64,000 nucleotides of DNA from Eledone cirrhosa (GCA_964016885.1 OZ024744.1:62806001-62870000), one strand, 5' to 3'. Positions 13,197-26,045 are shown, counted from the stretch's first letter. Made by a program: numbers and translations. The notes: generated from the sequence alone by a model not told the origin.

Positions 13197-13979
13197 GTAA
13201 ATTATTTATCTCTTTCTTCTGTTATCTGCCTCTGTCTAAAACCTCACCCCACCACCCACTCTACTACAATGGCTTTTGTTTCTCTTAATTAGCTAGCTGT
13301 ATATCTATACCACCTTTGTTTCAACCCACCAATGTTTGTACTAAATACTTTCCCAATCATTCTTCTCCAGTTTCCATCCTCCTCAGAGGTTTTGCTGTAG
13401 GTGTTCAACCTAGAGTAAATTCACACTGTACAAACAAAACTATGATGAGATGTTCTTGTCAATCTAGGGCAGCATATAAAGAACTCTAGCACAAAAATGG
13501 TAAGCTTGTAGATCTTATAACTGTGAAACGATGAAACATCAACACTGTAAAGTGGTCGTGATGGCAACGCAACAAAAAGCAGCCAGCTCACTGTAAAGTG
13601 GTTGTGTACTTCCTCCATCTCCTTTCCTCTTCCTCTCACTAGTTAAATAGATTAGGGAGGGTTGGTACTTCTTCTCATCCACCTCCTCAGTCTAGGGCAG
13701 CTTATAAAGGTCATTGGTACTTCTTCCTCACTAATTAAATAGATCAGAGAAGACAGGTACTTCTTTCATCTCCTCTCCTCCTCCTTCATCTCCTAATCGC
13801 CCATCTTCTCCTCTTTCTCCACTTCTTCATCCTCCTCTTCCTCTCTCTAATCAAATAGATTAGGAAAGGTTGTTACTTCCTTTTCTCTTCCACCTCCTCC
13901 CTCCTACCCATTAAATGGAGTTCATGATGAGTGTTCAGTCCTTCTGACAACTTAACCCTTTAACCTTAACCCTTTAACC

Positions 13980-14206
13980 TTAACCCTTTAACCATTTACA
14001 TTACTCTATAGTTACTATTGTATTTTTGTGGTAAACACTTTATCACATAATTAACTCATATAAAATTGAATCTACAAGATTTTGATATTAATTATTTTGA
14101 GAATAATACCTTAACGTCAGTATGTGTGGCCAGATACAGCCGGTTTGAACAGAAAAAGTGAGAGATATCTGACCGGATATGGTCGGTTTAAATGCTAAAA
14201 GGTTAA
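13980..14206 (+). mobile_element. TTAA MITE copy with stuttered left end
   Basis: Same family; the left TIR is tandemly duplicated over 13953-13993. Confidence 0.8.
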
Positions 14207-14706
14207 GTACCTACATATTGTATTTGGTAAACATGTGTATCTTACCTAAGTACAAAGTGATACCTACTACACCCCCGTCCCACTACCCCCACCCCATCCA
14301 CACCGCCCCTTCAATGTAAAGTTATGTTGGCACCACAACATCCAGTCTGAAACAAATGAGGTTGTGTAGGTGTCACGACAAAAACACACAGTCCACGCTG
14401 TAATGTGGCCGTGTAGGTAACACGGTAAAAACCTCCCAGTCCACACTGTAAACGTGGTTGGTGTTAGGAAGGGCATCCAGCTGTAGAAAACCCACCAGAC
14501 AGTCCTATGCGAGCAAGACAACCAATCTTGCCTCAAGTGAGTAAACTCCCGTCCAAACCCATGCAAGCGTGGAAGATGGACGTTAAACGATGATGATGAT
14601 GATGATGATGATGATCTTTAACACAAATCTCAAACAAAATCAGTGAGACAAGGCTCTGAGCTTTTGAATTGCTGTCCATCGTATATTTCCACAGACATGT
14701 GTACCC

Positions 14707-15133
14707 TTAACCCTTTACCATTTACATTACTCTATATTTACTATTGTATTTTTGCAGTAAACACTTTATCTCACATAATTGTCTCACATAATATCGAATC
14801 TATGAGATTTTGATATTATTCATTTTGAGAATAATTGTTTCTACTTTTGGCACAAGGCCAGCATTTACCCAGAGCATTACTGGTATTTTATTTTATTGAC
14901 CCCGTAAGGATGAAAGGCAAAGTTAACCTCAGCGGGATTTGAACTCAGAACATAAAGGGCCTTAACTGTGCTGCAAAGCATGGTGTCTGACACTCTACCG
15001 ATACTGCCAATCTACCACCTTTTTGAGAATAATACCTTAACATTAGTATGAGCAGCCAATTACAGCCGGTTTGAACAGAAAGAGGTGAGAGAATTCTGGC
15101 CAGATACAGCCGGTTTAAATGTTAAAGGGTTAA
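14707..15133 (+). mobile_element. TTAA MITE with a nested SINE (about 14832-15020)
   Basis: MITE halves flank a minus-strand SINE; ttttgagaataat is duplicated at the junctions. Confidence 0.8.
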
Positions 15134-15455
15134 CATAGTGTAATTCTCAGATGAAACCAGCATGATACAATATAAGACAAAACTGGAACTTTGAATTACA
15201 GGTGCAGTACATCTTGTATTATACTGTAAGTGGCTGAATATTCCATATACATGTCTACCTTTAACATAACTCTCAGACAAGATCAACATGACACAATGCA
15301 TGACAAAACTGGATTTTTGAATTACAAATAGAGTCCATCTTGTATTATAGTGACTGAGTTTTCCATAATTATGTGAACTGTAACGTAATTCTCAGGGAGT
15401 TTCAGAATAATACAGGATTCAAACTCATTGCATAGTGTCAGAACAACTACCACTA

Positions 15456-16322
15456 GGCATTCTTTCCACTGAAAATTAGTTATATTACTAAATCCTCCCA
15501 AATTCTTGATTATTTTCAAAATTAGTTGAAAATCATAGGCATTGTCTTTCATTAGAAATATGGTAACAAAAGAGTTAAAGTGTTTATATTCATCTAAAAG
15601 CCTTCTGTCATAATTTTATGTAAGAACCATTGTTAAGTTATGTCCCAAACACCAACTTAATAATGAGAAAGGTAGTCCAATGAGTGAAACCAATAAAACA
15701 AAAAAAAGTACTAGAATCCTGATTAGTTACCATTTTAATACTAATGCAACTGAGACTGCCTTTGGTTCTATGATACAAATTCTTCTGGTTTAAAATGTTC
15801 ATAATTTTATGTAAGAACATTTGTTATGTTATGCTACAAACAGTAACTTAATGAGAAAGCTGGTTATATTATTAAATCCTTCCAAATCTGATTATTTTTT
15901 AAATTAATTGAAAATCATTGACAGTGTCTTTCATTAGAAATATGGCAACGAAATGGTTAAATTGTTTATATTTATCTAAAACCATCCATCATAATTATAT
16001 GTAAGAACCTTTGTCAGGTTATGTCCCAAACACCAACTTAATAATTGTTTCTACTTTAGGCACAAGGCCAGCAATTTGGTGAGAGTTGAAAGTCGATTAA
16101 ATCGACCCCCATAAGGACGAAAGCAAAGTTAACCTCTTCGAAATTTGAATTCAGAATGCAAAGGGCTATAACTCTATGCTGCAAAGCACGGTGTCCGATG
16201 CTCTAAACACCTAATTAATAATGAGAAATGTACTAAATCCTTCCAAATCTTCAATATTTTCAAAATTATTTGAAATCCACAGGAAATGTCTTTAATTAGA
16301 AATATGGCAGCAAAAGGGTTAA
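15456..16322 (-). repeat. Three partial copies of a second TTAA-ended repeat family
   Basis: Repeated ...attagaaatatgg(t/c)a(a/g)c..aa..gttaa ends at about 15578, 15960 and 16322. Opposite-strand copies occur near 6615, 8769 and 26175. Confidence 0.6.
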
Positions 16323-16396
16323 TGCAATAATTCAATTTATTTCACAAATGAAAGTGGAAACATTTTTAACAATATAATTATTAAATTCAATTTTAG

Positions 16397-16509
16397 GTCT
16401 GATGAGGAACGAGTACACGGAGGAGATGGAATAATTGAAATGTTAAATGACCAAAGTTTACAAGATTTCAACATTTCTAATGCAAATCGGAACTATACCA
16501 AGGAACCAG
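16397..16509 (+). CDS. Gene A exon
   Basis: ttttag acceptor and a weak CAG|gtctct donor. SDEERVHGG...NYTKEP; phase 2 to 1 fits both neighbours. Confidence 0.7.
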
Positions 16510-16788
16510 GTCTCTACTGTATAACCATTGTTTCTGCTGTTGTTGTTACTGTTATTGTTGCTGTTGTTGTTAGAGTGACTGCTGCTGATGTTGTACTGAT
16601 ATTGCTGCTGTTGATGGTGTGACTGTTAATGTTGCTGTTGTTGTTGTTGTTGGTAGTGTGACTGCCGCTGTTGCTGCTGACATTGTTGTTGTTATTGATA
16701 TTGCTTCTGTTGGTATTGTGACTGCTATTGTTCTTGTTGGTTTGTGGCTTGCTGCTTTTGTTACTGTTTTTGTTGTTGTTGTGGTTTG

Positions 16789-19700
16789 TGGTGGTGGTGG
16801 TGATAGTGATGCAGGTGGTGGTGGTGGTGGTGATAGTGATGCAGGTGGTGGTGGTGATAGTGATGCAGGTGGTGATAGTGATGCAGGTGGTGGTGGTGGT
16901 GATAGTGATGCAGGTGGTGATAGTGATGCAGGTGGTGGTGGTGGTGATAGTGATGCAGGTGGTGATAGTGATGCAGGTGGTGGTGGTGATAGTGATGCAG
17001 GTGGTGGTGGTGGTGATAGTGATGCAGGTGGTGGTGGTGATAGTGATGCAGGTGGTGATAGTGATGCAGGTGGTGGTGGTGATAGTGATGCAGGTGGTGG
17101 TGGTGGTGATAGTGATGCAGGTGGTGGTGGTGATAGTGATGCAGGTGGTGGTGGTGGTGATAGTGATGCAGGTGGTGGTGGTGATAGTGATGCAGGTGGT
17201 GGTGGTGATAGTGATGCAGGTGGTGGTGGTGGTGGTGATAGTGATGCAGGTGGTGGTGGTGGTAGTGATAGTGTTGCAGGTGGTGGTGGTGATGGTGGTG
17301 GTGGTGATAGTGATGCAGGTGGTGGTGATAGTGATGCAGGTGGTGGTGGTGGTGGTGATAGTGATGCAGGTGGTGGTGGTGGTGGTGATAGTGATGCAGG
17401 TGGTGGTGGTGGTGGTGGTGGTGATAGTGATGCAGGTGGTGGTGGTGGTGGTGGTGGTGGTGGTGATAGTGATGCAGGTGGTGGTGGTGGTGGTGATAGT
17501 GATGCAGGTGGTGGTGGTGGTGATGATAGTGATGCAGGTGGTGGTGGTGGTGGTGGTGGTGATAGTGATGCAGGTGGTGGTGGTGGTGATAGTGATGCAG
17601 GTGGTGGTGGTGGTGGTGGTGGTGATAGTGATGCAGGTGGTGGTGGTGGTGATAGTGATGCAGGTGGTGGTGGTGGTGGTGGTGGTGATAGTGATGCAGG
17701 TGGTGGTGGTGGTGATAGTGATGCAGGTGGTGGTGGTGGTGGTGGTGGTGATAGTGATGCAGGTGGTGGTGGTGGTGACAGTGATGCAGGTGGTGGTGGT
17801 GGTGGTGATAGTGTTGCAGGTGGTGGTGGTGGTGATAGTGTTGCAGGTGGTGGTGGTGGTGGTGATAGTGATGCAGGTGGTGGTGGTGGTGGTGGTGGTG
17901 ATAGTGATGCAGGTGGTGGTGGTGGTGGTGGTGATGATAGTGATGCAGGTGGTGGTGGTGGTGGTGGTGGTGATAGTGATGCAGGTGGTGGTGGCGGTGG
18001 TGGTGGTGATAGTGATGCAGGTGGTGGTGGTGGTGGTGATAGTGATGCAGGTGGTGGTGGTGGTGCTGATAGTGATGCAGGTGGTGGTGGTGGTGGTGGT
18101 GGTGATAGTGATGCAGGTGGTGGTGGTGGTGGTGGTGGTGATAGTGATGCAGGTGGTGGTGGTGGTGGTGATAGTGATGCAGGTGGTGGTGGTGGTGGTG
18201 ATAGTGATGCAGGTGGTGGTGGTGATGATAGTGATGCAGGTGGTGGTGGTGGTGGTGGTGATAGTGATGCAGGTGGTGGTGGTGGTGGTGATAGCGATGC
18301 AGGTGGTGGTGGTGGTGGTGGTGATAGTGAAGCAGGTGGTGGTGGTGGTGGTGATGATAGTGTTGCAGGTGGTGGTGGTGGTGGTGATAGTGTTGCAGGT
18401 GGTGGTGGTGGTGGTGGTGATAGTGATGCAGGTGGTGGTGGTGGTGGTGATAGTGATGCAGGTGGTGGTGGTGGTGGTGATAGCGATGCAGGTGGTGGTG
18501 GTGATGATAGTGATGCAGGTGGTGGTGGTGGTGGTGGTGATAGTGAAGCAGGTGGTGGTGGTGATGATAGTGATGCAGGTGGTGGTGGTGGTGGTGGTGA
18601 TAGTGATGCAGGTGGTGGTGGTGGTGGTGGTGATGATAGTGATGCAGGTGGTGGTGGTGGTGGTGATAGTGATGCAGGTGGTGGTGGTGGTGGTGGTGGT
18701 GATAGTGATGCAGGTGGTGGTGGTGGTGGTGATAGTGATGCAGGTGGTGGTGGTGGTGGTGATAGTGATGCAGGTGGTGGTGGTGATGATAGTGATGCAG
18801 GTGGTGGTGGTGGTGGTGGTGATAGTGATGCAGGTGGTGGTGGTGGTGGTGGTGATGATAGTGATGCAGGTGGTGGTGGTGGTGGTGATAGTGATGCAGG
18901 TGGTGGTGGTGGTGGTGGTGATGATAGTGATGCAGGTGGTGGTGGTGGTGGTGATAGTGATGCAGGTGGTGGTGGTGATGATAGTGATGCAGGTGGTGGT
19001 GGTGGTGGTGATGATAGTGATGCAGGTGGTGGTGGTGGTGGTGGTGATAGTGATGCAGGTGGTGGTGGTGGTGGTGATGATAGTGATGCAGGTGGTGGTG
19101 GTGGTGGTGGTGATAGTGAAGCAGGTGGTGGTGGTGGTGGTGATGATAGTGATGCAGGTGGTGGTGGTGGTGGTGATAGTGATGCAGGTGGTGGTGGTGG
19201 TGATAGTGATGCAGGTGGTGGTGGTGGTGATGATAGTGATGCAGGTGGTGGTGGTGATGATAGTGATGCAGGTGGTGGTGGTGATGGTGGTGGTGATAGT
19301 GATGCAGGTGGTGGTGGTGGTGGTGATAGTCATGCAGGTGGTGGTGGTGGTGGTGATAGTGATGCAGGTGGTGGTGGTGGTGGTGGTGATGATAGTGATG
19401 CAGGTGGTGGTGGTGGTGGTGGTGGTGATAGTGATGCAGGTGGTGGTGGCGGTGGTGGTGGTGATAGTGATGCAGGTGGTGGTGGTGGTGGTGATAGTCA
19501 TGCAGGTGGTGGTGGTGATGGTGGTGGTGATAGTGATGCAGGTGGTGGTGGTGGTGGTGATAGTCATGCAGGTGGTGGTGGTGGTGGTGATAGTGATGCA
19601 GGTGGTGGTGGTGGTGGTGGTGATGATAGTGATGCAGGTGGTGGTGGTGGTGGTGGTGGTGATAGTGATGCAGGTGGTGGTGGCGGTGGTGGTGGTGATA

Positions 19701-21538
19701 GTGATGCAGGTGGTGGTGGTGGTGGTGATAGCGATGCAGGTGGTGGTGGTGGTGGTGGTGATAGTGAAGCAGGTGGTGGTGGTGGTGGTGATGATAGTGT
19801 TGCAGGTGGTGGTGGTGGTGGTGATAGTGTTGCAGGTGGTGGTGGTGGTGGTGGTGATAGTGATGCAGGTGGTGGTGGTGGTGGTGATAGTGATGCAGGT
19901 GGTGGTGGTGGTGGTGATAGTGAAGCAGGTGGTGGTGGTGATGATAGTGATGCAGGTGGTGGTGGTGGTGGTGGTGATAGTGATGCAGGTGGTGGTGGTG
20001 GTGGTGGTGATGATAGTGATGCAGGTGGTGGTGGTGGTGGTGATAGTGATGCAGGTGGTGGTGGTGGTGGTGATAGTGATGCAGGTGGTGGTGGTGGTGG
20101 TGATAGTGATGCAGGTGGTGGTGGTGATGATAGTGATGCAGGTGGTGGTGGTGGTGGTGGTGATAGTGATGCAGGTGGTGGTGGTGGTGGTGGTGATGAT
20201 AGTGATGCAGGTGGTGGTGGTGGTGGTGATAGTGATGCAGGTGGTGGTGGTGGTGGTGGTGATGATAGTGATGCAGGTGGTGGTGGTGGTGGTGATAGTG
20301 ATGCAGGTGGTGGTGGTGATGATAGTGATGCAGGTGGTGGTGGTGGTGGTGATGATAGTGATGCAGGTGGTGGTGGTGGTGGTGGTGATAGTGATGCAGG
20401 TGGTGGTGGTGGTGGTGATGATAGTGATGCAGGTGGTGGTGGTGGTGGTGGTGATAGTGAAGCAGGTGGTGGTGGTGGTGGTGATGATAGTGATGCAGGT
20501 GGTGGTGGTGGTGGTGATAGTGATGCAGGTGGTGGTGGTGGTGATAGTGATGCAGGTGGTGGTGGTGGTGATGATAGTGATGCAGGTGGTGGTGGTGGTG
20601 GTGATAGTCATGCAGGTGGTGGTGGTGATGGTGGTGGTGATAGTGATGCAGGTGGTGGTGGTGGTGGTGATAGTCATGCAGGTGGTGGTGGTGGTGGTGA
20701 TAGTGATGCAGGTGGTGGTGGTGGTGGTGATAGTGATGCAGGTGGTGGTGGTGATGGTGGTGGTGATAGTGATGCAGGTGGTGGTGGCGGTGGTGGTGGT
20801 GATAGTGAAGCAGGTGGTGGTGGTGGTGGTGATGATAGTGATGCAGGTGGTGGTGGTGGTGGTGGTGGTGATGCAGGTGGTGGTGGTGGTGGTGGTGGTG
20901 ATAGTGATGCAGGTGGTGGTGGTGGTGGTGGTGGTGATGCAGGTGGTGGTGGTGGTGGTGGTGGTGATAGTGATGCAGGTGGTGGTGGTGGTGGTGGTGG
21001 TGATGCAGGTGGTGGTGGTGGTGGTGGTGATGATAGTGATGCAGGTGGTGGTGGTGGTGGTGGTGATAGTGATGCAGGTGGTGGTGATAGTGATGCAGGT
21101 GGTGGTGGTGGTGGTGATAGTGATGCAGGTGGTGGTGGTGGTGGTGGTGGTGATAGTGATGCAGGTGGTGGTGATAGTGATGCAGGTGGTGGTGGTGGTG
21201 GTGATAGTGATGCAGGTGGTGGTGGTGGTGGTGGTGGTGATAGTCATGCAGGTGGTGGTGGTGGTGGTGATAGTGATGCAGGTGGTGGTGGTGGTGGTGA
21301 TAGTGATGCAGGTGGTGGTGGTGATAGTGATAGTGATGCAGGTGGTGGTGGTGATGATAGTGATGCAGGTGGTGGTGGTGGTGGTGGTGATAGTGATGCA
21401 GGTGGTGGTGGTGATAGTGAAGCAGGTGGTGGTGGTGGTGGTGATGATAGTGATGCAGGTGGTGGTGGTGGTGGTGATAGTGAAGCAGGTGGTGGTGGTG
21501 GTGGTGATAGTGAAGCAGGTGGTGGTGGTGGTGATGGT
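16789..21538. repeat. Compound satellite (GGT)2-10-GATAGTGATGCA, ~4.7 kb, in an intron of gene A
   Basis: Seen directly. Preceded by degenerate (GTT)n at 16527-16788. Confidence 0.97.
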
Positions 21539-22079
21539 TTATAAAATAAACATGAGCACAATACCACATATTTTATGGAACAGAATGGTTGGTTGCCACA
21601 GACAACAACAACAACAACAACAACAATAATGATTTCTACTTCAGGTGCAAGGCCAGCAATTTGAAGGGGGGGGGGGGAGTCGATTAAATCGACCCCAATT
21701 CATTACTGGTACTTTATTTTTCAACCTCGTAAGGATGAAAGACAAAGTTAACCTCGGTGGGATTTGAACTTAGGACATAAAGATCCGGAATAAATGCTGC
21801 AAAGCATTTTCTCCGACACTCTAATGATTCTGCCAATCCACCGCCCAATAATAGTAATAATGATGATGATGATGATTTATTTTATGGGCTATAAAGGAAG
21901 AAAACATCAGAGACAGAACAAAACTGGTATGGGGGTGCAGCAATAGTAATAGAAGCAGCAGGAATTGAATATATGAGAGTCTCAAACAGAAAATAGCTGT
22001 AATAACAGTTAAACACTATAAATGATAGTTGAGAGAATTAGATAAATTATCCTTAGAGATGGAAAAATGTGAATAGAAA

Positions 22080-22415
22080 TGTCTCCTAGGAAGTACTTCT
22101 GCCCTCTTTTTTTCCATCCCTCTGATGCACAAGCCTGGGCAAGGTGTTTCTGTGTAAGACCAGCAGTTGCCCATGCATACCAGTCTACCCTCTCCACATT
22201 GCTGAAGTTGTCCAACTGAAAGTTAAAGGCAATGGCCAATACAGCTTGACACCAGTGACGTCATAACGCATTTCTACAACTGTGTGAACAGTAACAATGT
22301 GAAATAAAGTGTCTTGCTCAAGGGCACAACACATCGCACAGTCTGAGAATCAAACACACAATCTCATGATTGTGAACCCAACTTTCTAATCACTAAGCCA
22401 TGCATCTTCACATCT
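22080..22415 (-). mobile_element. Different tRNA-derived SINE
   Basis: Minus strand TGGCTTAGTGATT A box, degenerate B box and a central gtgcccttgagcaagacact domain. Confidence 0.55.
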
Positions 22416-22549
22416 CTAAGGGAAATTTATTTAACTATTATCTATAGCAATTAACTGTTATTACAATTATTTTCTGAGTTTGGGATGCACACATTTACAA
22501 ATTTCAAACACTCCCAGCACTTTGTAAATTCATAAAATAATTTATTAGT

Positions 22550-22751
22550 TTAACCCTTTAACATTTAGATTACTCTATATTTACTCCTGTATTTTTACAG
22601 TAAACGCTTTATTTCACGTAATTATCTCACCTATGATATTTTGAGAACAATACCTTAACATCAGTATAAGTGGCCAGTTACAGCCAGTTTGAACAGAAAG
22701 AGGTGAGAGAATTCTGGCCGGATATGACTGGTTTAAATGCTAAAGGGTTAA
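22550..22751 (+). mobile_element. TTAA MITE copy
   Basis: Same TIRs and body. Confidence 0.85.
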
Positions 22752-22791
22752 AATATTCTACCACTAAATCATATCTTTATTTTTAACACAG

Positions 22792-23142
22792 ATCACAAAA
22801 AGTATGTTAAAGTTGTTGAACCCCAAAAAACTGTAAATGCTCCAAAAACCACTGAGACTGACTGTCAGCCTGTTGAGCTTGACAGACTTGTTGGTCTAGA
22901 GACCACTGAAACTGACTGTCAGCCTGTTGACCTTCACAGAGTTGTTGGCACTTCTCCAGTGAAAGAAAGAATAGAAGAAAAAGAATCTGTTGAGAATCCA
23001 TTGTACCTTACCCCATGTGAACCTGGAACATCAAAAGAAACAGCAGAAGAAAAACCAATCCCAATTCCACCTGTCGAACCTCCATATGTCCTTCCAGCTA
23101 TTTCTCTTGATGATGCATGGCGTTCTAATAAAATTACAAAAG
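22792..23142 (+). CDS. Gene A exon (contains a 54-bp internal duplication)
   Basis: acacag acceptor and G|gtacct donor. Open frame DHKKYVKVVEP...DDAWRSNKITK, overlapping ORF 22959-23216; phase 1 to 1. Confidence 0.8.
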
Positions 23143-23994
23143 GTACCTATAGTCATTTCCATTTATTTGCCATCTTGGAGAATTGTTGTTTGAAACCAAA
23201 CATTTCTTCCAGTTGAAGTTTTAATGTCCTGTACCACATGAAACCGCATTAGCAAGACATTTTTGAAAAGTACAAAACTTTGACTGAATCACATTAAAAA
23301 TTAAAGTCTTTTACCTTATACTGCAAATTTTTACAACTATAGGTATATGTGTATATGTGTGTGTATGTGCATATGCTTACATCACAAACACCCACATGCA
23401 CACATTGTGTGACAGACGGATGGAAGTCGCTAAAATTTATATATAGATGATCTGTCAACTTGTAAAGATACAATTACCATTTGAATTAACAAACCTATTT
23501 TTAGATATTTTCTGTTAAATCACTGTAGGCTGTTAAGGGCTATGTTAAGTTATGTTCCAAACACCAACTTAATAATTAGAAAGTTAGTTATATTTCTAAA
23601 TCATTCCAAATTCTTAACTATTTTTTACTGTATAACCTTAATACACTAAATTTCCCACATATATCTCATGGGAGATACTGGCAAAATTCAAGAATTTGGA
23701 GAAATTTAGTAATAAATTTGTTATTAATTTGTTGATTAAAACATAACTTAACAAAGATTCTTACATAAAATTATGATGAAAATCGTTTGGCAGTCCATTG
23801 GATGGACTGTACATCATTTAACATCTATTTTTCCATGCTAGCATGGACTAGTCAGGTCAGGTAACTATGTCTTACTCACACAGATCCATACATTGGCTTG
23901 TTTTCTATGACTGGATGCCTTTCCCAACACTAACCACATTACGGGTGCTTTTTATTGTGGCACCGAAACGACCATTTAATTGAGTACTTTTTCA

Positions 23995-24316
23995 TTGTGT
24001 CACCAGCATGACTACCTTACAGGGTGGACTGGATGCTTTTTGTCATGTCACCAGCATCACCTTACAGGGTGGACTGGATGCTTTTTGTCATGTCACCAGC
24101 ATGACTACCTTAAAGGGTGGACTGGATGCTTTTTGTCATGTCACCAGCATGACTACCTTACAGGGTGGACTGGATGCTTTTTGTCATGTTACCAGCATCA
24201 CCTTACAGGGTGGGCTGGATGCTTTTTGTCGTGTTACAGCATGACTTTACAGGGTGGACTGGATGTTTTTTGTCGTGTCACCAGCATGACCTTACAGGGT
24301 GGACTGGATGCATTTT
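23995..24316. repeat. 39-42 bp minisatellite
   Basis: About 8 copies of ttacagggtggactggatgctttttgtcatgtcaccagcat. Confidence 0.9.
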
Positions 24317-25710
24317 TTTTTTTCAAAATCACAAGCATAACCACCTTAACTATGATTCCAAGGAGTAACCTTGTCACACACTGTATTATGCTGAATTTCC
24401 CTGAGAATTATGTTAAAGATATGCATGACTGTGGAATGCTAAGCCACTTACATGTTAATTTCATGAACAAGCTATTTAAAATCTGAAACTTGGACAAACC
24501 TTCATTTTTTTATCGACATTGGTTCATTTGAAATCAAAGAAAAAAAATGAGAATTTTCATTTGGAACATCAAATATTCAGTGAAGTCTGCTGGCTGCATG
24601 GATTAAAACTGTGGCTGGATTTATCTCATGGGCCAAAGTTTACCTACCTCTGATTGATCTAGAACATTGCAAATTTATTATATTAAGCATACACCACTCA
24701 AAAGTGATGACACAGGACTGAAATCTCTGATGTTACACAGTAATACAGAAGACCCAACTTCCTACAGGCACAGGCCAAAACTGAAGCATTTATATAGTAT
24801 GCACCACCCCATCCACTCCCATGGGGACAAGCTGAAGTATACATCCAGTGAAGCCTCCAGCCCACACTGTAAAGTGGTTGTGATGGTGACATGGCAAAAA
24901 GCACCAAACCCACACTGTAAAGTGGCTATGTAGATGTCACGGCAAAAAGCACCCATTCATCATCATCATCATCACCATTTTACATCCATTCTTCCACGCT
25001 ATCATGGGCTAGCTAGACAAGTTGTCCTGTTGTGGGCAGTGCCAGGTCAGGTTACCAGGTTTTGCCCATACAGAACTGATTTTGGCTTGATTTCTACAGC
25101 TGGATGCCCTTCCTAACACCAACCTCATTTACAGTGAGTACTGGGTGTTTTGTCATGACACCTACACTACCATTTACAGTGTGGACTGGGGCTTTTTTGT
25201 CGTGACACCTACACTACCACTTTACAGTGGGAAGGGGGCGAGGACATACTCACTGTAAATGAGGTTGGTGTTAGGAAGGGCATCCAGCTGTAGAACCCAA
25301 GCTAGAAACAGTTCTGTATGAGCAAGAAATGGTCACCTGACCTAGCATTGCCCACAACAGGACAACTCATCTAACCCATACAAGTGTGGAAAAATGGATG
25401 TAATACGGTGATGATGATGATGATATACAGTTTGCAATGTGAAGAAAATAATTTATTCAAATATAATTCTTATATACATTTAGAGTTTTGTCAAACCCTT
25501 ACTGAATACAGATTTCTTCCAGAGAAAGAGAGAGAGTGAGAGATTGGATGTGAGAAAGAGACATAGAGGAAGGATCGACCCCAGTACATGACTGTACTTT
25601 TTTTATTGGCCAGATTTGATTTCAGAAAGCAGGGAGCCAGAACAAATAACACAAAGCTTTCTATCTGATGTTCTAATGACTCAACCAATTCGAGTCTGCC
25701 AGATTGTATG

Positions 25711-25931
25711 TCAACCCTTTAGCATTTACATTACTCTTTATTTACTATTATATTTTCACAATAAACACTTTATTTCACATAAATATCTCACATAGTATGG
25801 AATCTTCAAGATATTATTTATTTTGAGAACAATACTGTAACATAAGTATGAGCAGCTGGTTACGGCCGGTTTGAATAGAAAGAGGTGAGAGAATTCCGAC
25901 CGGATATGACCGGTTTAAATGCTAAGGGTTA
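25711..25931 (+). mobile_element. TTAA MITE copy (degenerate ends)
   Basis: aaccctttagcatttac...taaatgctaagggtta. Confidence 0.8.
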
Positions 25932-25977
25932 GGTGACGATGATTTTATTTTATTTAAAATGATTCTTTTATTTGCAG

Positions 25978-26045
25978 ATGATGAACACACATCAAAAGTT
26001 CCTGAAACAGCTCCAGTTCCACAGATACCCAAACCATCTTATAAG
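25978..26045 (+). CDS. Gene A exon
   Basis: tttgcag acceptor and AAG|gtgtag donor. DDEHTSKVPETAPVPQIPKPSYK; phase 1 to 0. Confidence 0.75.

Noticed and set aside
13953-13993. TTAACCC repeats resembling an interstitial telomere
   Set aside because: They are a 14-bp slippage duplication of the MITE left TIR, not (TTAGGG)n.
16514-21629. Four giant ORFs (poly-Thr, Gly/DSDA, poly-Val, poly-His) as real genes such as mucin, shell or beak proteins
   Set aside because: Almost no synonymous variation, open on both strands because of triplet structure, no unique N- or C-terminal domain, and located in a phase-consistent intron.
23995-24316. Regular ~40-bp repeats resembling a CRISPR array
   Set aside because: There are no unique spacers or cas genes, the context is eukaryotic, and the unit derives from the RTE 3' UTR.
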